Source of the DNA: an uncultured virus (IMG/VR IMGVR_UViG_3300006924_000006)
Taxonomy: Duplodnaviria > Heunggongvirae > Uroviricota > Caudoviricetes
DNA length: 64,000 nt
Reading direction: 5' to 3' (one strand)
Virus record (IMG/VR): IMGVR_UViG_3300006924_000006
Positions 29,930 to 41,052 of this stretch are shown here, one piece after another; within the stretch, counting starts at the first letter, position 1, and the number at the start of each line of letters is the position of its first letter. The notes under the pieces were generated by a model that worked only from the letters and a program-made list of their open reading frames with translations, was not told where the DNA came from and searched no databases. Both the position numbers and the translations under genes were made by a program.

Positions 29930-30393
29930 TACTCATTATCCTCTGGGTATATATAAACGAAAGTTTCATTTTCAAAATGCCTAACTTCTCCGGTCGGAAG
30001 ATCGTTTAGGCCCGAAACTCTTATGCAGATATTATATCCGATAAGAGGCTCTAGGTGGCTGTACGAAGCCTTTCCAACCATCCACTTGGCACCGTCTTCA
30101 GACCAAAAGTTTTCCTGGCCTTCTCCTAGGTCTACAAACCTGACTTGCCTTTCTCCTCCAAATACTGTCTCCACACTCTCTTTCGAAAGACTCTTCTCAA
30201 ATGCTTTAAGGGATTTTATGATTTCGCTATCATCTACTAGGTGAGGACAGCTAAGCTCCCAAGACTCCTCTCTGGGGTCCCAAGCAATTTCTAACTCAAT
30301 TCCAAAAAAATTAAAGGTTCCGCCCGAATATTCTCCATTCCCAGAATCAGAATATGAGCGCGTAGTCAGTTGTGGATGCAATCTCTTCTTCAT
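29929..30393 (-). CDS. Hypothetical protein
   Basis: 154-aa ORF with GGAGG SD. Confidence 0.65.
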   Translation of the reverse strand: MKKRLHPQLTTRSYSDSGNGEYSGGTFNFFGIELEIAWDPREESWELSCPHLVDDSEIIKSLKAFEKSLSKESVETVFGGERQVRFVDLGEGQENFWSEDGAKWMVGKASYSHLEPLIGYNICIRVSGLNDLPTGEVRHFENETFVYIYPEDNE

Positions 30394-30416
30394 AATTATC
30401 CTCCTTTGAAATTATG

Positions 30417-30656
30417 CTAAAATTTATCTTCACTTTCAAGAAATAGCTTTAAAGCTTCTCTGTAAGAGAACTGTTTGCGTTTATCAGCGTAATAGTTCCG
30501 TTTTGTTTTGGAATAACAAGTTATCGTAAGGATTCCATATTCTGCATCTTTAAAATGCACATAATATTCCTCTCCAACTTCTTCTCTAACCACATCTACA
30601 AGATGATCTATAATTGCGTCCTGAAGCCATGTGTCTATTTTTATATCAACTCCCAT
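30417..30656 (-). CDS. Hypothetical protein
   Basis: 79-aa ORF, TAATG-coupled. Confidence 0.55.
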   Translation of the reverse strand: MGVDIKIDTWLQDAIIDHLVDVVREEVGEEYYVHFKDAEYGILTITCYSKTKRNYYADKRKQFSYREALKLFLESEDKF

Positions 30657-31258
30657 TATTGGACCATCTTCATTATATTAAACTTAAATAAGTCCAACTG
30701 TTGGGGCTCATACTCTACCTTCTTTGGTTTATGTCCCACTTTCCTTGATTCGTCAAAAACCTTTCTCTCCTCATAATGACTATCGCATAGAGTCGATATC
30801 CAACTTGTGTCTCTGCGCTCTCCTCGCTCGCCGCAAACCTCGCAGGCCTGAAGAGACATCGCCTCAGTTAGACTGACTACTCCTTCAATAAACTCATCAC
30901 CTCCATAGTAATAAGCTCTAAGTCCTCCGAATTTTTCTTTTATTTGGCAGAAGGAAAACGAATGCATATAGTATCCATTCAAAGGCGGCTCTGCACCGTC
31001 CTCTATGATGGCCTTTCCCGTATACTTAAGGTAGTGCTCAATATGCGCGCACATTGCCTCAAGAAGATTCGACCACCCCTCTCCAACGCAGGGGTAGCAA
31101 TTGCTCAAGAGATCTGAATATTTCACAGTCAATCGAGCCTCCCAGGTCATGCAATCTTCGCACAAGGTAACACGCCTTGAGCCGCGCGACCCAACTTCAC
31201 TTAGGCTATCGCACTCTTTCTTACAACTTGTACAAGTCCCCGTTTCTTTTTCACTCAC
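30656..31258 (-). CDS. Conserved phage hypothetical Zn-binding protein
   Basis: QIKEKFGGLRAYY...CEVCG...WISTLC pattern typical of phage proteins; likely GTG start at 31258. Confidence 0.7.
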   Translation of the reverse strand: MSEKETGTCTSCKKECDSLSEVGSRGSRRVTLCEDCMTWEARLTVKYSDLLSNCYPCVGEGWSNLLEAMCAHIEHYLKYTGKAIIEDGAEPPLNGYYMHSFSFCQIKEKFGGLRAYYYGGDEFIEGVVSLTEAMSLQACEVCGERGERRDTSWISTLCDSHYEERKVFDESRKVGHKPKKVEYEPQQLDLFKFNIMKMVQ

Positions 31259-31476
31259 TTTCTTTCTCCGGTAAATCAAAGGCTCCGCAATTACATGTGT
31301 GCCAGCCTTGGGGCCAAGGACACTCTTCTGCGTGCTCCTTGTGAGCCTCTGCAGACTGGCATCCAATAGAGCAAAACTGGCTATATGACAGCGGAAAATA
31401 TGTTTTATATTCTTTGCCGCACTCATTACATTTTCGAATTATAATTGCCATTATTCAATTCCGCTTTACTCTGCGC

Positions 31477-31866
31477 TTATTCTCGAATATAGCCCTGCTC
31501 AATTAATCCATCCATAACCGCCGCAGTCATATAATGATCTCTATCATATTCGATAAGATCAAGCCCATATGACTGAACCAAAGCTTGGCGAATGGCCTCA
31601 TATGTCTTACTGCCAACAAAATGTTCTCTTACCTCAAACTCTAGCTTAGTAACTCCATTTTTTTGGAACTCAACAGAAGCCACCCGAATGACATCTTCTG
31701 CGTCGTTTAGAGTGTTAAATATAGCTCTATCATCAATCCAGACTCGCTCTGTCGCCCATGCCCAGCCTTTAGCTATAGAGTGGCTTTCATATTTTATCAA
31801 ATATTCATTAGTTATATTATCATAAACAACAAACTTGGGTTTCGTGTACTTATTTTTCACGACCAC
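31477..31866 (-). CDS. Hypothetical protein
   Basis: 129-aa ORF. Confidence 0.6.
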   Translation of the reverse strand: MVVKNKYTKPKFVVYDNITNEYLIKYESHSIAKGWAWATERVWIDDRAIFNTLNDAEDVIRVASVEFQKNGVTKLEFEVREHFVGSKTYEAIRQALVQSYGLDLIEYDRDHYMTAAVMDGLIEQGYIRE

Positions 31867-32007
31867 CCCTCTCTTTCTTCGCCAGAGCCTTATGAATCTT
31901 AATCCAAGTCTTGGCGCGGGCCCTTAAGATCTTCTGCGCACTAGAGCTGAAATGTTCCTCTTCTTTCTTCATAGATTGGATGGCTTTCTCCAAAGCGTCA
32001 GATGAAG

Positions 32008-33054
32008 TCATCGGCGCTCTCCTTCTGCATTAAAGATATGCGTTGAGCTCTCTATCTGACCGGCATTCGTTTGCCTCATAAAGACCGCCTTATCTTGAAG
32101 CTCGTGGATGGTTCTTGCTCCAGAGTAAGAAAGGCCAGAGCGAATTCCTCTTTCCAAATCTCCAAGAACATCTGCAACTGACCCCTTAAGCCTTACTCTT
32201 GTTGCGATGCCCTCTAGAGAAGCAGCGCGGCCCCTCCAGGCTATCTGAGCGTCTTTTGACGCCATCCCACGATAGGCTTTGAACTTACCCTCTGAAGTCT
32301 CCAGAACGTCCCCTGGGGTCTCGTCTGTTCCTGACAGAAGGGAGCCGCACATAACAAAGTTTGCTCCAGCAGCTAATGCCTTAACTATATCTCCAGAATT
32401 TCTGATTCCACCATCTGCAATGATAGGGGCGTCATAACTTGATTCGGCACAATCAAAGATTGTCTGCAACCCAGGAACTCCATGCCCTGTTTGAATTTTT
32501 GTAGAACAGATTGAGCCTGAACCAATATTCGCACGAACACTATTCGCGCCCCAATCAACCAGAGCTTCATATCCATCTTTCGTCGCAATATTTCCCGCAA
32601 TAATATGAATATGGTCTCCGAAGTCTTTTCGCAGATTTCTTAGAGCATTCCGCATTAAAACATGATGCCCATGTGCAACATCAACACATAGAATTCGGAT
32701 ACCAGCGTCTACGAGCGTCCGTGCGCGCGCTAACTCGTCTGAAGAAGTTCCTATTGCAGCGGCAGTATGTGCTGTCGCATCGATATCAAGGCCAGACTCA
32801 AGAACGCGCCTTACGATTAGGGCCTGCTGCTCTGGTGAATTATATCTGTGAATCACAGATACTCCTCCGGCTTTTGCCATAGCCAAAGCCATCCTATCTT
32901 CTGTAACAGTGTCCATTGGGCTCGATATAATCGGGAGACTGCATACGGTGCTTCCGAGGCTTGACCTTAGATCAACTTCCTTTCTGCTGCGTATATCAGA
33001 AAACTGTGGAACAATTAAAACGTCTTGGTAACTCAAACCTTCTTTTAGCTTCAT
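32008..33054 (-). CDS. guaB: IMP dehydrogenase/GMP reductase family protein without CBS domains
   Basis: [35 protein letters not shown] (catalytic Cys), IIADGGI, YRGMAS; IMPDH versus GMPR not resolved. Confidence 0.88.
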   Translation of the reverse strand: MKLKEGLSYQDVLIVPQFSDIRSRKEVDLRSSLGSTVCSLPIISSPMDTVTEDRMALAMAKAGGVSVIHRYNSPEQQALIVRRVLESGLDIDATAHTAAAIGTSSDELARARTLVDAGIRILCVDVAHGHHVLMRNALRNLRKDFGDHIHIIAGNIATKDGYEALVDWGANSVRANIGSGSICSTKIQTGHGVPGLQTIFDCAESSYDAPIIADGGIRNSGDIVKALAAGANFVMCGSLLSGTDETPGDVLETSEGKFKAYRGMASKDAQIAWRGRAASLEGIATRVRLKGSVADVLGDLERGIRSGLSYSGARTIHELQDKAVFMRQTNAGQIESSTHIFNAEGERR

Positions 33055-33382
33055 ACTTAACCCCTATTCTTGGTTCGCTCAATCTGCTCAGCCCAATTTG
33101 GCTAGCCTAAAAATCTTAAACCCTGCACGGGCAGCCGCAACTCTAATTCGCTTTTAGCCAAGAATGAGGACTCCCAGCCCTAACGCAATCTAGTAGAGTC
33201 TTAAGTTCAATGATTCTATTATGTGCCTCTTTCATATCTTCAAATTCCCCTAGAGTCCAAGAGCAATCTTCGCACAAAAAGCTTTGTCGCTTCTGATAGG
33301 TTACAACCGTGCAGTCCTCATCTCTATATTTGCATCCGTGAATGACACAACAATGCTCTGTATGTACACCCTCACACATGAG

Positions 33383-34066
33383 CTAACAAGCCGCCCAACC
33401 GCCGACTACCCAAGATAGCTTTTTGCTTGGCTTTTGGGTTGCGGCCTGCTCCACCTTCTCCAAGGCCTTGGCCTCCCTCTCTGTCCAGGCAGCAATCCTT
33501 TTGATAGCTGTATCGCTAAGCAAATCAGAGCTACAAAGCGGACACTTTGGAAGCTGCGGATAAGATATATAGCCAGAAGATATCTCGCTTCTATACGGAA
33601 AGATATGTTTTGCCTTAAGCCTATCTAGACTAAGGCGAGAAGAACATTCCGAACATCCTACGAGCGTTGACTTTCTTCCAAAGAATGATTCACATATGGC
33701 CACCATTCCATGATATTTCTTTTCCATGACCCTTCTCAAGTCTAACCTTGCATCTTCGACTTTCTTTCTCTGCTTTTCAGTTACCGCCTGAGGGGCATAA
33801 AAAGAGCACGCAATAGGCGCCATTCGTTTGCTATGGTGATCCAAAACATACTCTTCAGCCTTTACCTCAGAATCAAAACCGCGATGAATAAACTCTATTC
33901 CTGAAGAAAAAGTTGTTGCGTTACCAGCATAAGCTCCTCTTCCAGATTCACGAGCATCCTCTTCAACACGTCTGCTCCATGCTTTTCTGACAGCCTCTTT
34001 ATCTGATGCATTTACCGTAATAGTGTAATCATGAGCTCCCATATCATTTTCCCTCCCCATCTTCAT
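33383..34066 (-). CDS. Hypothetical protein with two CxxC motifs
   Basis: 227-aa ORF; CSEC and CPLC. Confidence 0.65.
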   Translation of the reverse strand: MKMGRENDMGAHDYTITVNASDKEAVRKAWSRRVEEDARESGRGAYAGNATTFSSGIEFIHRGFDSEVKAEEYVLDHHSKRMAPIACSFYAPQAVTEKQRKKVEDARLDLRRVMEKKYHGMVAICESFFGRKSTLVGCSECSSRLSLDRLKAKHIFPYRSEISSGYISYPQLPKCPLCSSDLLSDTAIKRIAAWTEREAKALEKVEQAATQKPSKKLSWVVGGWAAC

Positions 34067-34283
34067 TAATCCACTTTCTCAAGTCGACAATCTCGTACCA
34101 ATCATAATGACAGCCGCGAATCAAATGCTTTCCATAGTACCACTCATTTGTAGAAGGAGACATTTCGATCTTAATTTCGTCCTCCGCCTCTTCCTTGGTT
34201 TCAAAAGTGGCAATCCAATCTTCAGTTCCGATATCTGGATAATAATTTTCGCCAGCAATTAAAAGAAAATATTTCATAACTTC

Positions 34284-34730
34284 TTACCCAAAGATAATGT
34301 CAGAATCAAACTCAATATATTCCTCCTCAAAAGCTTTGAGCTTTTCGCAAAAGCCTTTGATCCTCTTGGAATATGCTACAAACGGAATATCTTGAGTAAT
34401 TACAAATCCAAAAATGTCTGGAATGTCTGACGTGTAACTAGGATAATCACACTCTTCCCATTGGGCCGTGTAACCAAACTCAATTCCCCGAATAGTCACA
34501 GTACCTTCAATTCCCTCGTTGATTTTTCGATACTCTTGAGTTAACCCAAAAAGCTCTGCATCTGGAATCTGCCTCTCTGCAATTTGAGGCATTGAAGTTT
34601 GATCGTCAGGGCTTGCTTCGGCTATAGCCCTCACTCGACCTATAACCTTTTCATCCTCTATTCCATAAACCGGCACAAGACCTTCTGCTAACCAAAACAA
34701 AAACTGTTTATCATTCATTTTTCTCTCCAA
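34284..34730 (-). CDS. Hypothetical protein
   Basis: 148-aa ORF. Confidence 0.55.
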   Translation of the reverse strand: MERKMNDKQFLFWLAEGLVPVYGIEDEKVIGRVRAIAEASPDDQTSMPQIAERQIPDAELFGLTQEYRKINEGIEGTVTIRGIEFGYTAQWEECDYPSYTSDIPDIFGFVITQDIPFVAYSKRIKGFCEKLKAFEEEYIEFDSDIIFG

Positions 34731-34733
34731 AGC

Positions 34734-35216
34734 TCAACTCCAGCACTGAACTACGTCTGTTTCTTCGATCGGAATATCTGTCGTCATAAGATGCGAAAAA
34801 TCCTTAGAAAACTCCACTACAGAGGTTCTGTCATTCGCCATAATTGCCATATCAAATTCTCCAACATTAGAGTACTGAGAAGAATTTACAATCCAAACTT
34901 TTTGGCTATCATCCTTAGTCCAAAGCGAAGCATAAATATAGCCTCTCTTCCCGAAATTAACATAACCCATATGAGTCCAATCATTAACAACTAATTTCTG
35001 ATTCGTTATATTGCTGATATCTTCATCAGAAAAATCCCACTGCCAGTCACACTCTCCTTCGAGATAACAATCCGTGTTGAAAAGCTTTGATGCCTGCCTA
35101 TCCTTGTTCGGATCTCCCTCGAAAAAGCAATGCTTTACAAATGGGACAATATCGCTATAACAGTTATGACTCACTTTCGTTCTTCCTTTCAAATTTCTCA
35201 AGATCTCTGACTGCAA
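34734..35216 (-). CDS. Hypothetical protein
   Basis: 160-aa ORF; true start probably the internal GTG (VSHNCY). Confidence 0.55.
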   Translation of the reverse strand: MQSEILRNLKGRTKVSHNCYSDIVPFVKHCFFEGDPNKDRQASKLFNTDCYLEGECDWQWDFSDEDISNITNQKLVVNDWTHMGYVNFGKRGYIYASLWTKDDSQKVWIVNSSQYSNVGEFDMAIMANDRTSVVEFSKDFSHLMTTDIPIEETDVVQCWS

Positions 35217-35353
35217 ACCTCAAGTGCTCTTCTGCGTTGTTTAATTCATCATAGGTCGCAAAGGCTCCGCAAGCTCGCTTTGCCGCCTCAATAACTCGCC
35301 TCTCTAAACGCCTCAACCTTACTCTTTTGATATAATATTTCATCTATAAAATC

Positions 35354-36319
35354 TCAATTTAATTCTTGCAGAAAATGATATCGATAAGTGTCATATATTA
35401 TCTGCTCAATCACTTTCCTATCTGATTCTTCCGGAAGAGAGCTTGTTGCGACTGCGGCAGTTACGCTCTTAAGCCTGCTTTCGATTTCTTCAGAAATTTC
35501 CTCAACAGAAACTTCTCCTTTGCGAACTCTCAGAAGATAATCAGCTTCCTTTAAGGGAAGGGTAATAGAGCCTGTCTCTAATAGCTCGATTGCTTCGCCG
35601 GAGATTCTAAGCGCGTGCATCATAGCTTTATAGTCTGCTCCACTAGCTTCTGCCGCCGCCTGTGAACGACGACCATACCTCTCACATAAAGGAGTTAGGG
35701 TGCTATCAATGCAATATCCAAAAGTAGTGGTTACGGGCATATATCTGCCGCAAACCATTAGGGCAGGAGCTTTCTTTCCAGACTTCTTATTAAGAATCAC
35801 GTCAGTAAGCTCAACGTGCTTTCTCTCAGCAAGATGTGCGAGGTCGTCTAAGTGTTCCGATAGCCTTGCATCAGAGGGCATAGACCGGAACAAACCAAGC
35901 ACAGCCTTTGCATCGTTCATTCGGTCGCCCTTCAAAGAATATTTGGAAGCTTGAGATTTACAATATCCAACCATAGCGTGAACCTTTTTGTTCAAGATAT
36001 GCGGCCGAAGCTCCAAGACTCTCTCCCAAACAGGAGAGGATTCTAGCCAAAATTCCTTTGGAGTAAAAAGCATATCTAAAGCATTTGTTTGCCCGGCCAT
36101 ACAAAGCTCTAAGAATCTACCAAACTCTATTGACTCTACATCAATATCTTCAGAAGAATTCTTCCCTGAGCTAGTGGCTGAAGACATAATCCTTTTAGTT
36201 TTAAAGAGAAATATGTCACGAGGATCTGGCAGGAAAACTTCTTTATAGTCCGTGTCGGAAGATGGAAGATTCGTTCCATAGACCTTGCTTCCAAAGAGCA
36301 TCTTAACTATCGTCTTCAT
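35354..36319 (-). CDS. DNA polymerase beta-superfamily nucleotidyltransferase (T4 NrdC.11/RlaP-like)
   Basis: FGSKVYGTNLPSSDTDYK; YKAMMHALR...LLRVRKG. Confidence 0.85.
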   Translation of the reverse strand: MKTIVKMLFGSKVYGTNLPSSDTDYKEVFLPDPRDIFLFKTKRIMSSATSSGKNSSEDIDVESIEFGRFLELCMAGQTNALDMLFTPKEFWLESSPVWERVLELRPHILNKKVHAMVGYCKSQASKYSLKGDRMNDAKAVLGLFRSMPSDARLSEHLDDLAHLAERKHVELTDVILNKKSGKKAPALMVCGRYMPVTTTFGYCIDSTLTPLCERYGRRSQAAAEASGADYKAMMHALRISGEAIELLETGSITLPLKEADYLLRVRKGEVSVEEISEEIESRLKSVTAAVATSSLPEESDRKVIEQIIYDTYRYHFLQELN

Positions 36320-36485
36320 TTTAGTCCCCTATCCGTAAATGAGATCCATAAACTTAATAAGTTTTGGAACAATTTCATTGGTGTGATAAATGCAATAGCC
36401 AGCTCCATAGAGAATCATTGCTACCAGCGCAGTCTTTTTAACAAAATTGATCATCTTTCTCTACCTCTTTCTGGCTCAGCTAACC

Positions 36486-36962
36486 TCATTTTAAGTCTTC
36501 AATTTTCTTTTCAAGCTTTTTTAATTCAGACTGAAGCTTATCACGCTTTTTCTCGGCATCGCTTAACAGTTGCGGAGCAACTGCCAGCTTCCACTTCTGC
36601 ATTTTAACCTCATAATCCTTTAACTTTTCTTCATAAGAAGACATCTTCTTCAAATACTCTTTCAGTTTGGCTTCATAAATTTGATTATCTTTTTCAAGAT
36701 TAGGATTTTGAATGTCATAGACTATGAACATTGAAGCTCCGGAACATCCTTCATAATCATATGAAGCCTCATGATCAATCACTAGAAATATTTGCGACAA
36801 AGGAACCCCATCTGGAAGAACATCTTCTAGGGAATAGCTCTCTCGATCCTGAACCCACTCAGTTATCATAATGTGCTTTTCAAGCACTTCCTTTGGCCTG
36901 GGCGGAGCACTTGGCTTTCTCGGTTTTTTTGGCTTCTTGGGATTCATCTTACAGAATCTCAT
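36486..36962 (-). CDS. Hypothetical protein with Pro/Lys-rich N-terminus and coiled coil
   Basis: 158-aa ORF. Confidence 0.6.
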   Translation of the reverse strand: MRFCKMNPKKPKKPRKPSAPPRPKEVLEKHIMITEWVQDRESYSLEDVLPDGVPLSQIFLVIDHEASYDYEGCSGASMFIVYDIQNPNLEKDNQIYEAKLKEYLKKMSSYEEKLKDYEVKMQKWKLAVAPQLLSDAEKKRDKLQSELKKLEKKIEDLK

Positions 36963-37515
36963 CTATGACGCCAAGAAGCAAAGCCTCTTCCGCAGTCATA
37001 AACCAATCGAATTTATTCTTCATAACCTTCTTTAGCTTCTTCTTGGTAATCTTTGTTCTATTTAAAGTTATTTCTTCAATCTTATGCTGAAGTCGCTTGC
37101 TTTCCTTGACTTTTTCTTCCATGCCTTTTATCGTTCCGTAAAAGCCTGTAGAAACCTGATGATATAGCGGAGTTGATTGAGAATAGCCAAAGCGCTTATG
37201 TCCAGATATCAAAATCATAAAGCCACAAGACATAGCTGCGCCGGTCACAATCGTATGAATCGGGGTCCTACTTTTCTCCATGACACCCAAGAGGCCAAGA
37301 CACTGATAGACTGCCCCGCCATAAGAGTCAATGTAAATCTTAATAGGATTTGGCTTATATTTGATATTATGAATCTTATATGTCTTCTTGAGAAAAACAT
37401 CATGCTCATTAATCATGACAATATTTTTCGTAAGATCATTCATCGTTTTTTGAGTAACCTGATCTGGAAGATAAAGATTTCTCTGCTTTGGGGCCGGAAT
37501 TACCGTGTTGTCCAT
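36949..37515 (-). CDS. clpP: ClpP-family serine protease
   Basis: IYIDSYGG, GAAMSCG (Ser), LYHQ (His), DWFMTAEEA...GVIDEI. Confidence 0.88.
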   Translation of the reverse strand: MDNTVIPAPKQRNLYLPDQVTQKTMNDLTKNIVMINEHDVFLKKTYKIHNIKYKPNPIKIYIDSYGGAVYQCLGLLGVMEKSRTPIHTIVTGAAMSCGFMILISGHKRFGYSQSTPLYHQVSTGFYGTIKGMEEKVKESKRLQHKIEEITLNRTKITKKKLKKVMKNKFDWFMTAEEALLLGVIDEIL

Positions 37516-37543
37516 TTAATTTTTCCTAAAATTTATCAATATT

Positions 37544-37867
37544 TTAATCACGCTCACAAACTTCTGCAAGCCGCACTTCCTCTGGAGTAAGAATCTTCTC
37601 CTTTAGAATAAAATGTTTGACCCACTTTACACGGCCTACATAAAAGGGCGTAATTTCGCTTATATATTTCATATAAGCTTCTACCGCCTGAAACATCGGG
37701 AACACACCAACGTGTCCGCTCTCACATGAGGCCACAATAGCCGGCGTCTTCCGCAACCCATTCGGACCCTCCTGATAGGCAATCTCCCTGCTGTTAGTCA
37801 TAACTGATGGATTTATAGGAATTCCACACGTTTTACACAAAAAACTTTTATAGCTTAATCGTGACAT
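37544..37867 (-). CDS. Hypothetical Zn-ribbon protein
   Basis: CKTC...CESGH. Confidence 0.55.
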   Translation of the reverse strand: MSRLSYKSFLCKTCGIPINPSVMTNSREIAYQEGPNGLRKTPAIVASCESGHVGVFPMFQAVEAYMKYISEITPFYVGRVKWVKHFILKEKILTPEEVRLAEVCERD

Positions 37868-38558
37868 CTTTTGTCCTTATAATCCTGGGCTCCGCATAAG
37901 CTCTTTTAGAAGGGGTGATTATAAGCCCTTCACCAAGGCCGCCTAATACAACCGGCCCCATAGCCTCCGGAGGGTGATCACACCCATTAGGAGTCTCAAT
38001 TCCAAGAAAGAAATAAATATTCTTTTTAAGCCCAATGTATTTCTTGAAGAAATTCGTCCAGACGTCTTTTCTCGAAATCAACTCCTCAATTATAGGAGCA
38101 GTCCCGACTTTGTCTGGAAGATCATCGGTCAGAATATAGTATTCTTTTCCATTAATCACTTTGTTCTTCCCTGGATAAGAGCGGTATGTTATTGGATGCC
38201 TCTCATACCGGCCTCTCTTAAAGCGGACAAGGACTCTTCCATGCTCTTTCGAGTCAAGCAGAAATGACTCAAGCTTATTTTTCATCATATACTTCTCGAC
38301 TTCATCAGAAACTCTCTTCCCCTCTTGCGTTATCAGGTCTTTCTCGTCAAGCATTTGTTTTAAAGTTAAAATAACTCGCTCTATAGAGAAACCAAGGAGA
38401 CTCTTCATATCTTTTTTCTTCCATTTTTTAAGATATGGTTTTTTAATATATGAATTAGCAAGAAGCCTCTGCTTCTTATCAAGTAGTATGGGAGTCTCCG
38501 CTAACTTCGAAACAAAGTCTAACTCATCATAGTCAATTCTGTATTCTGTAGACGCCAT
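37848..38558 (-). CDS. Hypothetical protein
   Basis: 236-aa ORF, TAATG-coupled. Confidence 0.65.
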   Translation of the reverse strand: MASTEYRIDYDELDFVSKLAETPILLDKKQRLLANSYIKKPYLKKWKKKDMKSLLGFSIERVILTLKQMLDEKDLITQEGKRVSDEVEKYMMKNKLESFLLDSKEHGRVLVRFKRGRYERHPITYRSYPGKNKVINGKEYYILTDDLPDKVGTAPIIEELISRKDVWTNFFKKYIGLKKNIYFFLGIETPNGCDHPPEAMGPVVLGGLGEGLIITPSKRAYAEPRIIRTKDVTIKL

Positions 38559-38801
38559 TATTTCCCTGCTTTCTTATCTCCGTAACTATCTTTGAGCCAC
38601 TCTTGAACAGTCGGGCCTGCCTCATACTCCCTGACTCCATCTTCATTCTTTCTTCCGCTGCCGATGCGAACAAAGCCACACTCTTTGCACGCGGACGCGA
38701 GTGAGTCTGGAATATGAAACCACTTTACAGTCTTGCTGCAACGATTGCAGTGATCGCCCAAGACCTTTTGGCCGTCAAATTCGTGCCTGCTGCTCACTGC
38801 T

Positions 38802-39449
38802 CTAAGCCTTTTCTGGCAGCATTCCAGCCGCCCGCATAGCATCTATAGTAAGCGGAAAGCTTCCTTCCTCCTCAACTAACGCAAGCATTTTCTCTGCAAT
38901 TTCCCTTATCTCTACTTGTGCGTGCTCATCATTTCTTAGATTTTGAAAGTGAGCGAACGACCTCCAATTAAACATAACATCAGAAGTTATCTGAATTCCA
39001 TATGGGAGATAAAATCTGGCACTTTCTTTAGCTCTCTTTCTTGAGATTCCAGCCTTTTCCAGCCGTTTAATGCAAGAATGGTATCTTAAATATGACTCTT
39101 CCACATGAGCTCTCAAGGCGCACTGCTGACTTATCGGCCAATCGCTTGGAACGTAATATTTGTCCTCTGTAAACTCCTTATATCGGGAAGATTCTGCATT
39201 CAGCGAAACGCCAGAGCGATGCTTTAGAAGGTGGATGTGCGATGCAATATCCGTTGTAATCAAGAAGTGTAAACTAGACTTCTCGAAAGGAGTATGATGA
39301 AATTCTGTTGCAAGCATACGTAGTAGCTTATCAACCCTTCCTAGTTTCTTGGGCGTTAGCTCTCTGTTTGTACTTGTCCAAGCGGAGCAAGCATGGGTCA
39401 GGTCGTTTCCATAAACGCCAATTAATTCTACGCTATTTTCATGAGTCAT
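38802..39449 (-). CDS. thyX: FAD-dependent thymidylate synthase
   Basis: HHTPFE, KHRSGVSLNAESSRY, KESARFYLP, NWRS..HF..LR..HAQVEIR; likely ATG at 39449. Confidence 0.93.
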   Translation of the reverse strand: MTHENSVELIGVYGNDLTHACSAWTSTNRELTPKKLGRVDKLLRMLATEFHHTPFEKSSLHFLITTDIASHIHLLKHRSGVSLNAESSRYKEFTEDKYYVPSDWPISQQCALRAHVEESYLRYHSCIKRLEKAGISRKRAKESARFYLPYGIQITSDVMFNWRSFAHFQNLRNDEHAQVEIREIAEKMLALVEEEGSFPLTIDAMRAAGMLPEKA

Positions 39450-39773
39450 ACTAAACTTCCTTCCCCCGCGGGCGCCGGGCAAAATCTTCACATTAATTTA
39501 TTCTAAATATTTGGCTAGGCAACCACCCACCTAACCGCGCCTTTCGGCCCGCCCGCTACAAGCGGGGTAACTTCATTTTTTATCAAACCTCTAATGTCTC
39601 TGAGTAACTCGGCAGAGGGCCAAGTCTCCAGGGGGCCTTTCTAAGCGTCCTATATCCTGATGCTTTGTCTCTATATTCGATGGCTTCCTCTAACATTTCT
39701 GGAGGGAAAACTGCCATAATAACTACGGGATAATCTGGCGCTGTCGCAAAAACAAATAGCCAACAGTCCTTCA

Positions 39774-40979
39774 TCACGTTCCCCGACAAATAACAGTGAA
39801 CTGCTTTTCTTGATCAAAGATTTCTACAGCCGCCTCAGAAACATCGGCCGGAGTAACCGCCTCTACTCCAGAGATATAGTCTTCAATAGAAGGAAGTCCG
39901 CTAAGCCTACGCTTAACCGCCCAATATGCCAGACTATAACTATCTTCCATCGCAGAATAGAATGAAGACCTAATCTTGTTCTTGGCCCTCTGAACCTCTT
40001 CTGCACTTGGCATGTTCGCCTTAACTCTAGAAAGCTCTTTTCCGACAATTTCTATTGCCGGAGTTATGTTCTCTTCCCTTGTTGAGAACTCTACCATAGA
40101 AGCTCCGCCTCCCTGAAAATCTGTTGTTCCAGCAGAAATAGAATACACAAGACCACTCTTTTCCCTTACTTCTTCGAACAGCCTAGAGTCCATTCCTCGT
40201 CCTAAAATGGTTGTCAATACCATCATAGAACTGCGAAGTTCAGATCCAGTAGGCTTTGACGGCATTCCAAGCCAAACATATGCATGTTCAATGCCGCCCT
40301 TCTCTAGCTCTCCATATCGCTTGCCCATATAACCAGACTCTTTAAATTTATAGGGATTTCTCGTCTTGCCAGTGGCCCTTCCGAAGTATCGATTCAACAA
40401 GTTCTTCATATCCTTCTTCTTTAGATTGCTGCAGATAGAGACAATCGCGTCTTTTCTATTACAGAACTGAGAGTGAAAGCGCTTAATCTCATCTACAGAA
40501 AACTTAGAGATAGACTCCTGAGTTCCAATAACAGGAGTTGTTAGATAATTGTCGAAAAAGCTTTCCGAAAACATATTCCACATATATGAGGATACACTAT
40601 CCAGAGAAGAAATCTCCTCCTCTTTAACAACCTCAATCTCCCTCAGAATCTCTTCCTCTGGAAAAATCGGATTAAAAACCATATCCGACAAAATCTCTAC
40701 GCAAGGCTCTAGGTTCTCATAAGGGACCGTGATAAAATATACTACTGCCTCATGCGAGGTAAATGCGTTAGATGATCCTCCCAAAAACCCTATCTTCCTC
40801 TGAATCTCCGATGCCGTTCTTGTTGCCGTCCCCTTAAATAAAGAGTGCTCAAGCATATGGGCCATTCCAGAACTATACTTTCCTCTAGACTCAACTCGTG
40901 ACCCTGCATTAAACGCAACCATAACAGTGGCTATGCGACTATGGGTTTTTGAAATCTCATGAATCATTAAATTCTCCAA
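39774..40979 (-). CDS. M16-family zinc peptidase
   Basis: GMAHMLEHSLFKGT (HxxEH), NAFTS, SRLFEEVREKSGLVY. Confidence 0.93.
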   Translation of the reverse strand: MENLMIHEISKTHSRIATVMVAFNAGSRVESRGKYSSGMAHMLEHSLFKGTATRTASEIQRKIGFLGGSSNAFTSHEAVVYFITVPYENLEPCVEILSDMVFNPIFPEEEILREIEVVKEEEISSLDSVSSYMWNMFSESFFDNYLTTPVIGTQESISKFSVDEIKRFHSQFCNRKDAIVSICSNLKKKDMKNLLNRYFGRATGKTRNPYKFKESGYMGKRYGELEKGGIEHAYVWLGMPSKPTGSELRSSMMVLTTILGRGMDSRLFEEVREKSGLVYSISAGTTDFQGGGASMVEFSTREENITPAIEIVGKELSRVKANMPSAEEVQRAKNKIRSSFYSAMEDSYSLAYWAVKRRLSGLPSIEDYISGVEAVTPADVSEAAVEIFDQEKQFTVICRGT

Positions 40980-41015
40980 AAAAAAGAGGACAAAGAGATA
41001 CCCCTTTGCCCTCTT
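40978..41015 (-). terminator. Intrinsic terminator after the VWA gene
   Basis: AAGAGGGCAAAGGG..CTCTTTGTCCTCTT stem plus T-tract on the minus strand. Confidence 0.7.
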
Positions 41016-41052
41016 CCTGAGCCAGAAGCTTGTTTCCGGCTTATTGTTTTCG

